Source: Oscillospiraceae bacterium
GTDB lineage: Bacteria > Bacillota > Clostridia > Oscillospirales > UBA929
DNA: 64,000 nucleotides
Assembly (NCBI GenBank): GCA_031265355.1
Contig: JAISCT010000011.1
Coordinates: forward strand, 1 to 64,000
Direction of reading: 5' to 3'
Numbering within the stretch: the stretch's first letter is position 1; each line of letters begins with the position of its first letter. The notes beneath the pieces were generated by a model. That model had not been told where the DNA came from. It made no database searches and worked only from the letters and a program-made list of their open reading frames with translations. This document shows, piece by piece, positions 51,084 to 61,626 of this stretch. The translations under genes and the position numbers were made by a program.

Positions 51084-51163
51084 GTAAAACCGCTCCCATC
51101 TCGACAAATTGGAATATTTTTATAAAATCTTTGCCCACTTGGACGCTTTCGTGGGCGTCCGCT

Positions 51164-52327
51164 TTAGCTTGCCTCTATGTACTTTGCCACATTGGCGGGG
51201 GTGATGGTCTCGTAGGGGAGCCGGATGTATTTTCCGTCCTCCAGGTCGTCGGGCAGGGGAGAGCCGGTGGCGACGGCGCAGGCCAAGTCCAGCATCCCTT
51301 GGGCTTGGCCCAGGGCGTTGTTTAAGACCGTGCCGGTCATCTCGCCCTTTTGCAGCGCCTGCAGAGCCGCGGGCGTGCCGTCGATACCGAGGACGACGGG
51401 CCAGTCCTCCGGCGCCACGCCGGCGCGGTGCAGCGCGTCGATAGTGCCCAGCGCCATTTCGTCGTTGTTTGAAAACACCACCTCAATGGCGTTCGCATGC
51501 GCCTCCAAAAACTGCGTCATCTTGTTGTCCGCTTGCGCCCGGTTCCAGTTGGCGATCTCGTCACCGAGGCGCTCCAGCCGATAGCCGGCCGCCTCCACCG
51601 TGCTTACGCTGTACTGAGTACGCATGATCGCATCCTGATGACCGGCCTCGCCCTCCAGCATCACGTACTGCAGGAGACCATCGCCGTTGCGGTCCACCTT
51701 TTTGAAGTCGGACCGGCAGAGATCTATCAAAATCCGTCCCTGCAGCCGGCCGCTCTGGAGCGCCATGGCGCCAACATAATACAGTTTGCTCCAACGTTCA
51801 AGATCCTCCTCCACCAGCTCGCGGTTGAAGAAAATTACCGGGATCTCCGCGGTCTCAGCGAGGTCGATGATCACCGAGGCGTCGGTGCGATCCACAATGT
51901 TGATGCAGATGACGTCGCATCCGCTCTGGATAAAGTCCTCCACCTGGGCGTTTTGGTCCATCTGACTGCCGGCGGCGCTCTCCTGCAAGATCGTGATTGT
52001 CGTGTCCAGTGCCTCCTCCTTCTCGCGTGCCAGGCGGAGAAACCGGTCGGTCAAGAGGCCGATGAACGTATCGTATTGGTCGTAAATGCTCACGCCTATC
52101 TTGATGTTCCGCGTCTCTCCGTCGGGGGCGGCCTGTCCGCACCCGGCGGCGGCAGCCAACACCGCGGCGGCGCAAAGCAGCCTAAGGGACTGCCAAACAA
52201 CAGCTTGCAAATGCTTGCTTGTCTTTTTGACGCAATACTTTGTCGTCTTCTCTCGCAAGGCGCAAAGCCCTCCTATCTGTCTCACTGCCGATGTCCCTTC
52301 TCTCGGACCGTCGGTTTTATCAAACAT
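51164..52327 (-). CDS. Sugar-binding periplasmic-binding-protein (PBP1, MglB/RbsB-like) lipoprotein; orphan SBP at the end of the sensor operon
   Basis: Lipobox LAAAAGC and a PBP1 fold. The ATG at 52327 would give a ~40-aa N-terminal extension, so the true start is uncertain. Confidence 0.6.
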   Translation of the reverse strand: MFDKTDGPREGTSAVRQIGGLCALREKTTKYCVKKTSKHLQAVVWQSLRLLCAAAVLAAAAGCGQAAPDGETRNIKIGVSIYDQYDTFIGLLTDRFLRLAREKEEALDTTITILQESAAGSQMDQNAQVEDFIQSGCDVICINIVDRTDASVIIDLAETAEIPVIFFNRELVEEDLERWSKLYYVGAMALQSGRLQGRILIDLCRSDFKKVDRNGDGLLQYVMLEGEAGHQDAIMRTQYSVSTVEAAGYRLERLGDEIANWNRAQADNKMTQFLEAHANAIEVVFSNNDEMALGTIDALHRAGVAPEDWPVVLGIDGTPAALQALQKGEMTGTVLNNALGQAQGMLDLACAVATGSPLPDDLEDGKYIRLPYETITPANVAKYIEAS

Positions 52328-52343
52328 CCTGACACTTGAACCA

Positions 52344-53318
52344 TCACTGGATGATCGGGAAGATCAGCCGCTGGATGTCGGGGTCGTACATGTTGGCACG
52401 GTTGATGTAACGAAATTCCACCCATGTGGGGTCCGCTTGGGAGACGGCGCCCATCTCGCCGGCGAGCTGCATGAGCGCGAGGTAACCGATCTTGTACTCG
52501 TTTTGGCAGCAGAGGCCGTCGATGAGACCCTGGTCGAGCGAAGCGATGATCTTGTCGCTGTGGCCGATGCCGTAGAGCGCCGGCGGCAGAGAGATGTCCT
52601 GCAGCGCATCGATGGCGCACTCCAGCGCCTCGGTGCTGAAGGCCACGAGACTACGGGCCGGCTGGCTCTGCAAGGACTCGGCGATGGCCTGGGCCAGTTC
52701 GGCGTCGGCCGCAGAAAAACGCCACTGTGTCAGGGCGATCCCCAGCGCCTGCGCTTGCCGCACAAAGGCGTCGTAGCGCAGGCGCACGCTGTCCCGGTAG
52801 AGGTGGCTCTGCAGCAGCGTCGCCTCCGTGATGCCTCCGGCGGCCATCTGGACGGCCAGTTCCTCGCCCATGCGTTCGTCGTCGGCGCGGATGGCCGGCC
52901 GGTCCGTGCCCGCGCCGGTCTCCACCGTGACCACGGGGATGCGCGGAGCGACCTGTTCGGCCAGGAAGGCGGCGATGGCCTCGCTGTCCGCCGCCGCGAC
53001 GATAAGGCCTTGCGCGCCGCCGGTGATCTCGCGCTGCAAAAGCCGAATCTGCTCCTCGGGGCCGGTCGGCGGCGCGAGCACCACCGCCGGGTTGCTCCAG
53101 CCGAGTTCGTCACAGGCCTGACGCAGCCCCTGGTTCAGGGGCACCCAGCGGTCGGCCCGGTCCCCATACAACATGACGCTAAACGGGTTGGGCGGCGGCT
53201 TCTGGACAGGCAGATCGCCGTCCAGCACCACCGACAGCAGCAACACAAAACAGAACCCAATGAGTACAAAAAGCGCGGGAATTCGAATCTTCCAGAACCA
53301 TTTTGTCCACGTTCTCAT
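52344..53318 (-). CDS. Membrane-anchored periplasmic sugar-binding-like sensor protein (XylFII-like)
   Basis: N-terminal TM IRIPALFVLIGFCFVLLLSVVL, then a PBP1-like domain. Overlaps the kinase stop (ATGA-type). Confidence 0.6.
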   Translation of the reverse strand: MRTWTKWFWKIRIPALFVLIGFCFVLLLSVVLDGDLPVQKPPPNPFSVMLYGDRADRWVPLNQGLRQACDELGWSNPAVVLAPPTGPEEQIRLLQREITGGAQGLIVAAADSEAIAAFLAEQVAPRIPVVTVETGAGTDRPAIRADDERMGEELAVQMAAGGITEATLLQSHLYRDSVRLRYDAFVRQAQALGIALTQWRFSAADAELAQAIAESLQSQPARSLVAFSTEALECAIDALQDISLPPALYGIGHSDKIIASLDQGLIDGLCCQNEYKIGYLALMQLAGEMGAVSQADPTWVEFRYINRANMYDPDIQRLIFPIIQ

Positions 53319-53321
53319 CGC

Positions 53322-55157
53322 TTACGCCTCGCTTTCCGGTGCGCGGCCGCCCATGTCCACCGGCAGATGGATGTACACCGTGGTGCCCACATCCACCTCG
53401 CTCTCGATCTCCAGCCCATAGGCCTCGCCATAGTACAGTCGGATGCGCTGGTGCACGTTGCGCAGCCCGATGCCGCTGCCGCGCTTGCTGCCGGCGGATT
53501 TGCCGGCCTTGTCCGTGAGCAGGGCCGGCAGTTTGTCCTGCGGAATGCCGAGGCCGTTGTCCCGCACCTCGATGTAGACGTCGTCTCCGCGGCGGCGGCC
53601 GCTGAGCGTGATCACCCCGTCGCCGTCCATCAGTTCCATGGCATGGTAAATGGCGTTTTCGAGCAGTGGCTGGATGATCAGTTTGATGGTCTGGAAATCC
53701 TCGATCTCCGGGTCGACGTCCATCTTCACCGTGAATTTGTTCTTGTAACGGATGTTTTGGATGTACAGATAATGCCTCGCGTGCTGCAACTCGTTGCGGA
53801 TGGGGATGAGTGCGCTGCCCTGAGACAGCGAGATGCGAAACAGGTTTGCCAGCGCCGTGACCATCGAGATGGCCTCCTTGTACCGGCCGCTCTCGATCAT
53901 CCAGACGATGGAGCCCAATGTGTTGTACAGGAAATGCGGATTGATCTGCGCCTGCAGGGCGTCGAATTCGCTTCGGCGTTTGTCCTCCTGTTCCCGCACA
54001 ATCTCCCGCATCAGGCCGCGCATCTGTTCCACCATCGAGCGGATCGTACTGCCCAGATGCTCGATTTCGTAGGGGCCGCCCACATAGATATCGAGGTCCA
54101 GGGAGCCGTGTTCGAGGTCTTTGACGGACTGTTCAAGTTTCTTGATCGGGTTGGCCACGCGGGAAGAGACAAAGCTGTTGACAATGATGAGCAGGATGAT
54201 GGCAAAACCTACCACCGCGATGACAAACAGGCGCACCTGGTTGAAACTGAAGGCAAATTCGCTGTTGGGGATAACGCTGACGACACGCCAGCCCGTATAC
54301 CCCACGGTCTTGACCACCACCTGCCGTGTGGCGCTTTGGAAAGTCTCCTCGTGGAGACCGTCGGAGTAACCGGCGGCGACGAGATTGTTCTCCTGGTAAA
54401 GATTCGAGTAAATCAGCCGCTGCTTGGGGTGGTAGATAATCTCGCCGTTCGGGTCGATGAGGTACACATAACCGGCCGTATCGGTGCCGATGCGCGAGAA
54501 GATCTGTTCGATGCCGCTGTAGTTCATGTCCACCAGCAACACGCCGCGGCTGGTCTGGCCGCGGCGTGTGAGCTCTACCACACGGCTGAGCGACACCACC
54601 CAATAGTAACGGTAGTTGTTGGCAATGAAAAGATTTTGCACATGCGGGGCGGAGAAGTGCAGATTTTCCATCGTCGTCGTGGCACGGGTAAACCACTCCT
54701 GCTGCGTGACATGGACCGGTTTCATGACAGAAACCGGCGAGGAGGCCACCCACGCCCCGTCCTCGGTGAAGCAGGCGATGCTGATGAGGGAGTTCCGGTT
54801 GGCCTCGTAGAGGAGATCCATCTCCTTTTCGAGCGCCTGCGGTTCTGAGATGTCAGCCTTTTTGATGGCACTGTAATACATCGAGTCCGAGATGCGCATC
54901 ATGTTGCGCGTGTAATTTGTCACATTGAGGGTGACTTGATTTACAAGCTGCTGGTTTTCCTGCAGCATCGTGTTTTTGAGGGAAGAAGTAAATTGGGTAT
55001 ACAAAAGAAACCCGACCCCCACCATGCAGCCGATGGCCACAAGAGTGAAGGAGGTAGAGATCATGAACTGAATGCTCTTGCCCCGCAGATAACGGCGCGC
55101 CCGCTCAAACGCCGGACCGCCGCTAGCTTCCGACACCGTCCGCTTGTCCCGTCTCAT
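53322..55157 (-). CDS. Sensor histidine kinase (LytS/YesM-like): two TM segments, a HAMP domain, then His_kinase and HATPase_c domains
   Basis: INPHFLYNTL phosphoacceptor region and DNGLGIP / GSGIGL ATPase motifs. The true start may lie downstream of the track start. Confidence 0.75.
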   Translation of the reverse strand: MRRDKRTVSEASGGPAFERARRYLRGKSIQFMISTSFTLVAIGCMVGVGFLLYTQFTSSLKNTMLQENQQLVNQVTLNVTNYTRNMMRISDSMYYSAIKKADISEPQALEKEMDLLYEANRNSLISIACFTEDGAWVASSPVSVMKPVHVTQQEWFTRATTTMENLHFSAPHVQNLFIANNYRYYWVVSLSRVVELTRRGQTSRGVLLVDMNYSGIEQIFSRIGTDTAGYVYLIDPNGEIIYHPKQRLIYSNLYQENNLVAAGYSDGLHEETFQSATRQVVVKTVGYTGWRVVSVIPNSEFAFSFNQVRLFVIAVVGFAIILLIIVNSFVSSRVANPIKKLEQSVKDLEHGSLDLDIYVGGPYEIEHLGSTIRSMVEQMRGLMREIVREQEDKRRSEFDALQAQINPHFLYNTLGSIVWMIESGRYKEAISMVTALANLFRISLSQGSALIPIRNELQHARHYLYIQNIRYKNKFTVKMDVDPEIEDFQTIKLIIQPLLENAIYHAMELMDGDGVITLSGRRRGDDVYIEVRDNGLGIPQDKLPALLTDKAGKSAGSKRGSGIGLRNVHQRIRLYYGEAYGLEIESEVDVGTTVYIHLPVDMGGRAPESEA

Positions 55158-56748
55158 GGGTTGTCATCCTGTCGGTTCTATATTTGGAAGGGGACACGCC
55201 GTAGTGCTTTTTGAAGACGTAGCTGAAGTAGTTCGCGTCTGCGTACCCCACTTTTTCGGCAATCTGATATGTCTTGAGGTTGGTGGCGTCGAGGTGTTCG
55301 AGCGCCTTTTCCATGCGCAGTTTTGTGAGGAAAGCGACGAAATTAAGCCCGGTTTCCCGTTTGAAGATCGTAGAAAAGTACGCCGGGCGGAGATTCAGCA
55401 CCGTACACACCTCGTCGGCGGAGAGGTCGCTCTCCGGGTAGTGTTCGAGAAGATAGACGCGCGCTTTGTCGACAATGAGACGTGTCGTGTCTTTGCGCGT
55501 GCGCCGAATGAGGCGGCGCAGATTTTCACAGTATTCAAGCAGACGCCGGCCCATCTCGTCCAGGTTTCTAAACTGAAAAGCGGATTTTTCGGTGAGCATC
55601 GTCTCCAAACCGGCCTCCCGGGCGTCCAGCTTGTAGGCGCGGATGAGCCCCAAAAAACCGGTGGAGATCTCAAGCAGGAGGATATGGTGCTGCTGAAGGC
55701 TCAAGTGCATGCTTTTGAGATAGTGAAGCAGTCGTTTGACGGCCGCCTCCAGGTCCTCCCGACCGCCGACTTTGATCTGGCGCAAAACGTCGTCTGTGTA
55801 GCTGCTGTCCATGTGCGCGAAGCCGTCTGAGTCCGGCTCGATGTCGCCCAAGTATACGCATTGGTCGGCGTCCACGAGGATCTGATATTCGAGCGCCTCT
55901 CGCGCCTCACGGTAACTGCGGGCGATGTCGGGCAGAGCCTCGCATGGGTGCCCCACGCCGATCGAGAGCGCCAGCCCCAGGATCTTGCGGGCGGGCAGAA
56001 AGAGACGGTTCAGCGCGGTGATAAGCGCCTTCATGTCCATCTCCACGGGCAGCATGAGCAGCAGCACGATGGCCTCCGGCGTGTGCAGCGGACGGCAGGG
56101 GAGCGGCAGCATCTCCGAGATCGTCTGTTGCAGGGAGTACATCAGCAGCGTGATGTCCTTGGCGGGGGCCGGTTCCATCGGTCGTACGACGGCCACACAG
56201 TAGCGGTCCGCGTCGAGGTTCAGGTGGAACTCTTCCAGGCGGTGCGCCAGTGTGGCGGTGTCGGCGCGCCCCTCCAGAAGGTTCATCAGCAGCTGCTGCT
56301 GCATGAGCGGCAAGCTCTCCTCGTAGTAGCGGCGCAGACTCTGCAAGTCCTGTTTTTTGGCGATCTCCTCATCCAGAGAGGCCCGCAGGCGGCGAAAAAC
56401 GCCGGCAAGCTCCTTGGCGTCAATGGGCTTTAAGATGTATTCCTGCACCTCCAGCTTGATGGCCTCTTTGGCATATTCGAACTCGTCGAACCCCGAAAAC
56501 ACCGCCACCCGCACGCTGGGCAGGACTGCCTTGACCCGCTTGCAGAAGGTGAGACCGTCCATAAAAGGCATCTTGATGTCGGTGAGGATAACATCCGGCT
56601 GCAGCTGCTCCGAGAGTTCGAGCGCCTCCTCGCCGTTGCCCGCCTCGCCGGAGAGATGGAACCCGAGGGATTCCCAGTCCAGCGTCCGGGCAATGGCTTG
56701 GCGCACCTCCACTTCGTCGTCCACAAGCAGCACTTTATAGTATTGCAT
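55123..56748 (-). CDS. Response regulator with a REC domain and a C-terminal AraC-type HTH (YesN-like)
   Basis: REC motifs LLVDDE and DIKMP. AraC HTH at the C-terminus. ATG MQYYKVLL with a GGGAGGAA RBS. Confidence 0.8.
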   Translation of the reverse strand: MQYYKVLLVDDEVEVRQAIARTLDWESLGFHLSGEAGNGEEALELSEQLQPDVILTDIKMPFMDGLTFCKRVKAVLPSVRVAVFSGFDEFEYAKEAIKLEVQEYILKPIDAKELAGVFRRLRASLDEEIAKKQDLQSLRRYYEESLPLMQQQLLMNLLEGRADTATLAHRLEEFHLNLDADRYCVAVVRPMEPAPAKDITLLMYSLQQTISEMLPLPCRPLHTPEAIVLLLMLPVEMDMKALITALNRLFLPARKILGLALSIGVGHPCEALPDIARSYREAREALEYQILVDADQCVYLGDIEPDSDGFAHMDSSYTDDVLRQIKVGGREDLEAAVKRLLHYLKSMHLSLQQHHILLLEISTGFLGLIRAYKLDAREAGLETMLTEKSAFQFRNLDEMGRRLLEYCENLRRLIRRTRKDTTRLIVDKARVYLLEHYPESDLSADEVCTVLNLRPAYFSTIFKRETGLNFVAFLTKLRMEKALEHLDATNLKTYQIAEKVGYADANYFSYVFKKHYGVSPSKYRTDRMTTHETGQADGVGS

Positions 56749-56899
56749 TTGATTCCTCCCACTTATGTCGCCGACCAATGCGATTTTCTTTCGCATTTCT
56801 GCAAAAGTGCAAGATTGTTGTGAAATTTTGCAATAATCTTCTATAATACTTTTTTAAAAAGCATTATACTTGCATTGGAACGAGGGTATGCGCACATGG

Positions 56900-56975
56900 T
56901 TCAGGTGTCGAACGTGCGTTTGACACCTGAACTGTACATATGGCAACCCGGGCGTCCGGGGACGCCCGGGTTGCC
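56900..56975 (-). other. Two strong stem-loops immediately 3' of the sugar ABC operon: a 10-bp stem and a 16-bp perfect stem GGCAACCCGGGCGTCC / GGACGCCCGGGTTGCC
   Basis: Read directly. No clear T-tract, so this is a putative terminator or RNA-stabilising structure. Confidence 0.45.
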
Positions 56976-57001
56976 ATACCGTGACGGTAGTCCGCCAGCA
57001 C

Positions 57002-58279
57002 TTATTTTTTGTTGTACTTGGTCATGTCGATGGCCACCGCAATCGCGATGATGGCGCCCTTGATGATCTGCTGCCACATCGGGGAGAGGCTGATGAACTG
57101 GAGGCCGTACTGAATGACGGAGAAGATGAGCACACCGGAGACAATCCCGCCCACTTTACCGATTCCGCCGTTCAGGCTCACGCCGCCCACCACGCAGGCG
57201 GCGATGGCGTCCAGTTCATAACCGTTTCCGTAGTTGTTCGTGGCGCCGGCCGTACGCGCGGCCTCCAGAACGCCGCCGATGCCGTACATGGCCGCGCCGA
57301 TGACGAAGATAAACAAAATGGTGACGTACACATTGACGCCCGAGACGACAGCCGCTTCGCGATTGCCGCCGATGGCGTAGACATTCTTGCCAAACACGGT
57401 TTTGTTGAGGACAAACCAGATGAGTACGCAGAAAAACAAGGCAATCGGCACGAGGATCGAGATCCCTTTGAAGGACTTGTCCAGCCCGAAGAGCCCCTCA
57501 AAGATACGGGCCTGTCCGATGCTGGAGAAATCCGTGCGGATGCCGCCGATGGGCTGTGAATTGTTGGGGGACATGTCGAAATAGAGGCTGGCCGCGCCGT
57601 ACACCATGACCTGCACGGCCAGCGTGGCGATGAAGGGATGCATCTTAAACTGGGCCACCAGGAAACCGCTGATAAGGCCGAAACATATGCAGGCCCCGAT
57701 GGCGATGAGAATCGGCCAGATGACGGAGATGTCTATGTACTTGCCAAAGAACAGATGTCCGTAATCTGCGTTTTGCAGCATCGAACCGACGATGACGGCC
57801 GAGAGGCCCACCATGCGGCCGGCCGACAGGTCCGTACCGGCAATGATCAGCGAGAAGCAGATGCCGAGGGCGATGACGAGGCGCGGGGACGCGAGTTTGA
57901 AGATGTCCAGCACCACCGTCACCTGCATGAACATCGGCTGGATGACACAGATGACGCCCACGAGCACGAGGAGCGCGATGATGATGGCGTTGTTGAAAAA
58001 GAACTGCGAGGCCGTCCGACCGGAGATGATCACTTCACTACTGAGTCTGGCGCGCCGCAGGAACTGCACGCCGCCCCTGAGAAACAAAATGATACCGATG
58101 AGCACGACCAAAATCGGAAGGTCATAAATCGACGCCTTCAGTGACGTATTCAGACCGGGGATCACGGCGCCCAGAAGGCCTACCAGAAACAGGGCTCCCC
58201 CCGCAATGATGAAGATCATGGAATACGACGTCCGAGAGAGGGAAAAGCCGCTGCGGGCACCCGCCTGAGAGCTGTTCAT
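57002..58279 (-). CDS. Sugar ABC transporter permease (MglC/RbsC-like)
   Basis: Polytopic BPD_transp_2-like permease, translationally coupled to the upstream ATPase gene. Confidence 0.75.
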   Translation of the reverse strand: MNSSQAGARSGFSLSRTSYSMIFIIAGGALFLVGLLGAVIPGLNTSLKASIYDLPILVVLIGIILFLRGGVQFLRRARLSSEVIISGRTASQFFFNNAIIIALLVLVGVICVIQPMFMQVTVVLDIFKLASPRLVIALGICFSLIIAGTDLSAGRMVGLSAVIVGSMLQNADYGHLFFGKYIDISVIWPILIAIGACICFGLISGFLVAQFKMHPFIATLAVQVMVYGAASLYFDMSPNNSQPIGGIRTDFSSIGQARIFEGLFGLDKSFKGISILVPIALFFCVLIWFVLNKTVFGKNVYAIGGNREAAVVSGVNVYVTILFIFVIGAAMYGIGGVLEAARTAGATNNYGNGYELDAIAACVVGGVSLNGGIGKVGGIVSGVLIFSVIQYGLQFISLSPMWQQIIKGAIIAIAVAIDMTKYNKK

Positions 58280-59802
58280 GACACTTCCTCCTCAATATGT
58301 TGCGTCTCGAATTGGGTGGCGAGGCGCATGATTTCCACCTGGCTGAAGGTGGAGGGATCGTCTAAGATGCCGGTCACACGGCCTTCGCACATCACCATGA
58401 TGCGGTCGCTCATGCCGAGGAGCTCGGGCATTTCGGAGGAGATCATGATGATACTCTTGCCCTGCGCGGCCAGGCTGTGCATGATGGTATAGATCTCAAA
58501 CTTGGCGCCCACGTCGATGCCGCGGGTGGGCTCGTCGAGAATCAGGATGTCCGGCTCCGTGAGCAGCCAGCGGGCCAAAAGTACTTTCTGTTGGTTGCCG
58601 CCGGAGAGATTCTCCATGAGAACAGAAAGACTCGGCATTTTGACGTCGAGTTGTTTGCACCCCCGGTCGGCCGCCTCAATGCGGCGGCGGCCGTTCAGCA
58701 CGCCGGCCCTTGCATAATTTTTTTGGTTGGCAATGACGGTGTTGTCGAGCACCGAGAGGATGCCAAAGATGCCCGTGGCCCGGCGTTCCTCGGTGAGCAG
58801 GGCAATGTGGTGCTTCTTGGCCTTGCGCACATTGTCGACCTCGACCCTGCTGCCGTCCTTGTACACAATGCCGCTGCGCAGGCCGCGCAGGCCAAAGAGC
58901 GATTCGACGAGCTCGGTGCGCTGGGCCCCCACGAGACCGCCGATGCCTAGGATCTCCCCGCGCCGCAGCTCAAAGTTGACGTCGCGAAAAGAGCGCAGGT
59001 TTGAGGACGAGTAGTTCTCCGTCTTCAGTGTCACTTCCGTGCCCGGCGTATACTCTTTTTTGGGGAAACGGTGGGTGAGGTCACGGCCCACCATGCGGTT
59101 GATGATGATGTCGGTGGTGAGTTCGCCCGCGGGCCAGACGCCCACGTTTTTGCCGTCGCGCATGATGCTTACTTCGTCGGAGATCTTGAGGATCTCCTCC
59201 ATCTTGTGCGAGATGTAGATGATCGCACGGCCCTCCGACCGCAACCGGCGGATGATTGTGAAGAGATGTTCCACCTCTGTCTCGGTGAGCGAGGAGGTGG
59301 GCTCATCCATGATGATGATTTTCGCGTTGTAACTGATGGCTTTGGCGATTTCCACAAGCTGCAAGGTGGAAGCCGAGAGATCGCCCGCCAAAACCTCGGG
59401 CTGGACGTCGAGGTCCACCTGTTTAAACAGTTCCCGCGTCTGTTCGGCCATGGCCCTGTGGTTGACCGCGCACAGCATCTTGGGGAACCGGCCCAGCCAA
59501 ATGTTTTCCATCACGGGGCGGAAACGGATGGGGTGCAGCTCCTGATGGATCATGGAGATGCCGAGATCCAGCGCCTGCTTGGACGATGTGATCTTGGTGG
59601 GGGTCCCGTCCAGAATGATCTCGCCGGCGTCTTCCTGATAGATGCCAAACAGGCACTTCATCAGCGTGGACTTACCGGCGCCGTTTTCACCCATCAGGGC
59701 GTGGACCGATCCGGGACGCAACTTGAGATTCACATTGTCCAGAGCGACAACGCCGGGGAATATCTTGGTAATGTTGTTCATTTCCAGAACATATTCGCCC
59801 AT
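58276..59802 (-). CDS. Sugar ABC transporter ATPase with duplicated NBDs (MglA/RbsA-like)
   Basis: Two Walker A / signature sets ([17 protein letters not shown]). ATG MGEYVLEMNN with a GGAGGA RBS. Confidence 0.85.
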   Translation of the reverse strand: MGEYVLEMNNITKIFPGVVALDNVNLKLRPGSVHALMGENGAGKSTLMKCLFGIYQEDAGEIILDGTPTKITSSKQALDLGISMIHQELHPIRFRPVMENIWLGRFPKMLCAVNHRAMAEQTRELFKQVDLDVQPEVLAGDLSASTLQLVEIAKAISYNAKIIIMDEPTSSLTETEVEHLFTIIRRLRSEGRAIIYISHKMEEILKISDEVSIMRDGKNVGVWPAGELTTDIIINRMVGRDLTHRFPKKEYTPGTEVTLKTENYSSSNLRSFRDVNFELRRGEILGIGGLVGAQRTELVESLFGLRGLRSGIVYKDGSRVEVDNVRKAKKHHIALLTEERRATGIFGILSVLDNTVIANQKNYARAGVLNGRRRIEAADRGCKQLDVKMPSLSVLMENLSGGNQQKVLLARWLLTEPDILILDEPTRGIDVGAKFEIYTIMHSLAAQGKSIIMISSEMPELLGMSDRIMVMCEGRVTGILDDPSTFSQVEIMRLATQFETQHIEEEVS

Positions 59803-60065
59803 GCAATTGATCCTCCTAGAGGCCTTGCCGGATCCGCGGCGCCACGCACCAAAGCGGGGCCGTGAAACCCGCGGCAAGGGAGATTTTTCATATGCCCGAG
59901 GACAGGAAGATACAGCCGGCGTGCCGAGAACACGCCATTCTCCATAGATGCTATCGCGAGGTACGGAACGGGGGACGCGTAAGCGCCAGCTTCCGCGTCC
60001 CCCGTCGTATCATGACGCTTTGGCAAGCAAACTCGTCATGTCAAGTTCTTGCGCAGACGATGTGA

Positions 60066-61196
60066 TTACTGGAAGTCCGTGTAATTGTCAACGGTGACCT
60101 TCACATAGGGGATCCAGACATATTTGCCGTCTGTCACCGCATAGCCGATGTTGGCTTCGTTGATCTCAAGCCCCTTCGCGGCGGCATTCGCGATCTGCAC
60201 GGTGGCGGCGCCCTGGTTCACGGCGTCGTTCAGAACCGTGCCCAGCAGCTCGCCTTTGCTCATGGACTCCAGCGCCGGCGCGGTGGCGTCAACGCCGACC
60301 ACCGGGATGTACTTGGTAGCGTCGCCGGTGTTGTAACCGTTCGCCTTCAGGGCCTCAAGGGCACCGAGCGCCATGTCGTCGTTGTTCGCGAGCACGGCTT
60401 CGATCTTGTCCAGGCCGATGGAGGAGATCCATGTGTTCATGAGGTCGGTCGCCTTCGGTTTGTCCCACGTGGCGGAGTCGATGGCGAGCAGAGAGTCGTC
60501 GAGGTTCTGGTCGGAGTCGACCGCAAGATTGGCTTCCACGAGAGCCTTCTGGGAGTACTCGGTGCGCAGCTCGGCGTCCTGGTGGCCTTGCTCGCCCTTC
60601 AGCAGTACGTACTGGAGCTTGCCGTCGCCGTTTTTGTCAACGCTGGAGTTTGCATTCCAATAGTCAACGAGGATCTGGCCGGACATGGTGCCGGACTCCT
60701 CGGCCTTTGCGCCGACATACCAGATCTTGTCATACCCCTGCATGACGTCGGCTTCCGGCTCACGGTTCAGGAAGACGACCGGCAGATCAGCGCTGCGGGC
60801 CAGATCGGTGATAGAACCGGCGGCGGTGCGGTCAACGGCGTTGATGGCCAGCGCGTTGACGCCCTTCGTGATGAAGGCTTCCACCTGGCTGTTTTGGGTG
60901 GGCTGGTCGTTGCGGGAATCTTGGATATCCAGCAAGGCGCCGAGGCCGGTGGCGGTGTCTTGCATGGCGTTGCGCACGCCGGTCATGAAGGTGTCGTCAA
61001 ACTTGTAGATGCAGGAACCGATGTTTGCTGTGGCGGCGGCCGGCGGGGGTTCGGGGGTGTCGTCGCTCGCGGGCGGGGTGGGCGTGTTGGTGTCACCGCT
61101 GGCCGGCGGGGTGGGTGTGGGGGTGGTATCTCCACCACAGGCGGCTACCGAGATAACCAGGAGCAGGGCAATCGCGAGCACCAAGAACTTTTTCAT
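60066..61196 (-). CDS. Galactose/glucose-type sugar-binding lipoprotein (MglB-like) with a Pro/Thr-rich linker
   Basis: Lipobox VAAC and a PBP1 fold. Strong TAAGGAGG RBS. Confidence 0.8.
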   Translation of the reverse strand: MKKFLVLAIALLLVISVAACGGDTTPTPTPPASGDTNTPTPPASDDTPEPPPAAATANIGSCIYKFDDTFMTGVRNAMQDTATGLGALLDIQDSRNDQPTQNSQVEAFITKGVNALAINAVDRTAAGSITDLARSADLPVVFLNREPEADVMQGYDKIWYVGAKAEESGTMSGQILVDYWNANSSVDKNGDGKLQYVLLKGEQGHQDAELRTEYSQKALVEANLAVDSDQNLDDSLLAIDSATWDKPKATDLMNTWISSIGLDKIEAVLANNDDMALGALEALKANGYNTGDATKYIPVVGVDATAPALESMSKGELLGTVLNDAVNQGAATVQIANAAAKGLEINEANIGYAVTDGKYVWIPYVKVTVDNYTDFQ

Positions 61197-61264
61197 GCTT
61201 TGTCCTCCTTATTATGATATTGAATCCGCATGCGAACAACCAAATTGCTTGCCCACACAAACAA

Positions 61265-61293
61265 ATTATAAACAACGTTTTCTCAAAAGGCAA
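61265..61293 (-). promoter_or_regulatory. Sigma-A promoter TTGCCT, 17 nt, TATAAT on the minus strand for the mglBAC-like operon
   Basis: Reverse complement reads TTGCCTtttgagaaaacgttgttTATAAT, ~70 nt upstream of the SBP start. Confidence 0.55.
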
Positions 61294-61379
61294 TAGAAAT
61301 TTTTCGTCTTTTCCTTAAAATTTTTCTATTCTAGGGCCTCTGACGGCGCTATACCTGGAACGCAGCCGGCGGTCGACTT

Positions 61380-61616
61380 CTATGATTTTAAAAATATTCC
61401 AATTGCAATGGCTACGATCAACGCGGCGCAAACGATGCCGATGACAATGTTCATCGTACGAACGGACACATTGATACGAGCATACAGATTGTCCCGCAAG
61501 CGCCTCCGCACCGCCCTCTCGCGCTCGGCAAGCGCCTTCTCTCGCGCCGCCAGTTCGGCTTCGCGCTGGACGAGGGGGGTTTCTTCATCGCCTGTGAGAG
61601 AATTCTTGTTGTCCAT
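61380..61616 (-). CDS. Small tail-anchored membrane protein (78 aa) with a charged coiled-coil N-terminus
   Basis: Strong AAGGAG RBS 6 nt from the ATG. C-terminal TM IVIGIVCAALIVAIAIGIFL. Confidence 0.5.
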   Translation of the reverse strand: MDNKNSLTGDEETPLVQREAELAAREKALAERERAVRRRLRDNLYARINVSVRTMNIVIGIVCAALIVAIAIGIFLKS

Positions 61617-61626
61617 GATCTACTCC

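Noticed and set aside
52086-54848. 920-aa plus-strand ORF
   Set aside because: It is antisense to the sensor kinase and anchored binding protein genes, which have strong domain signatures and coupled starts. Its translation is low-complexity.
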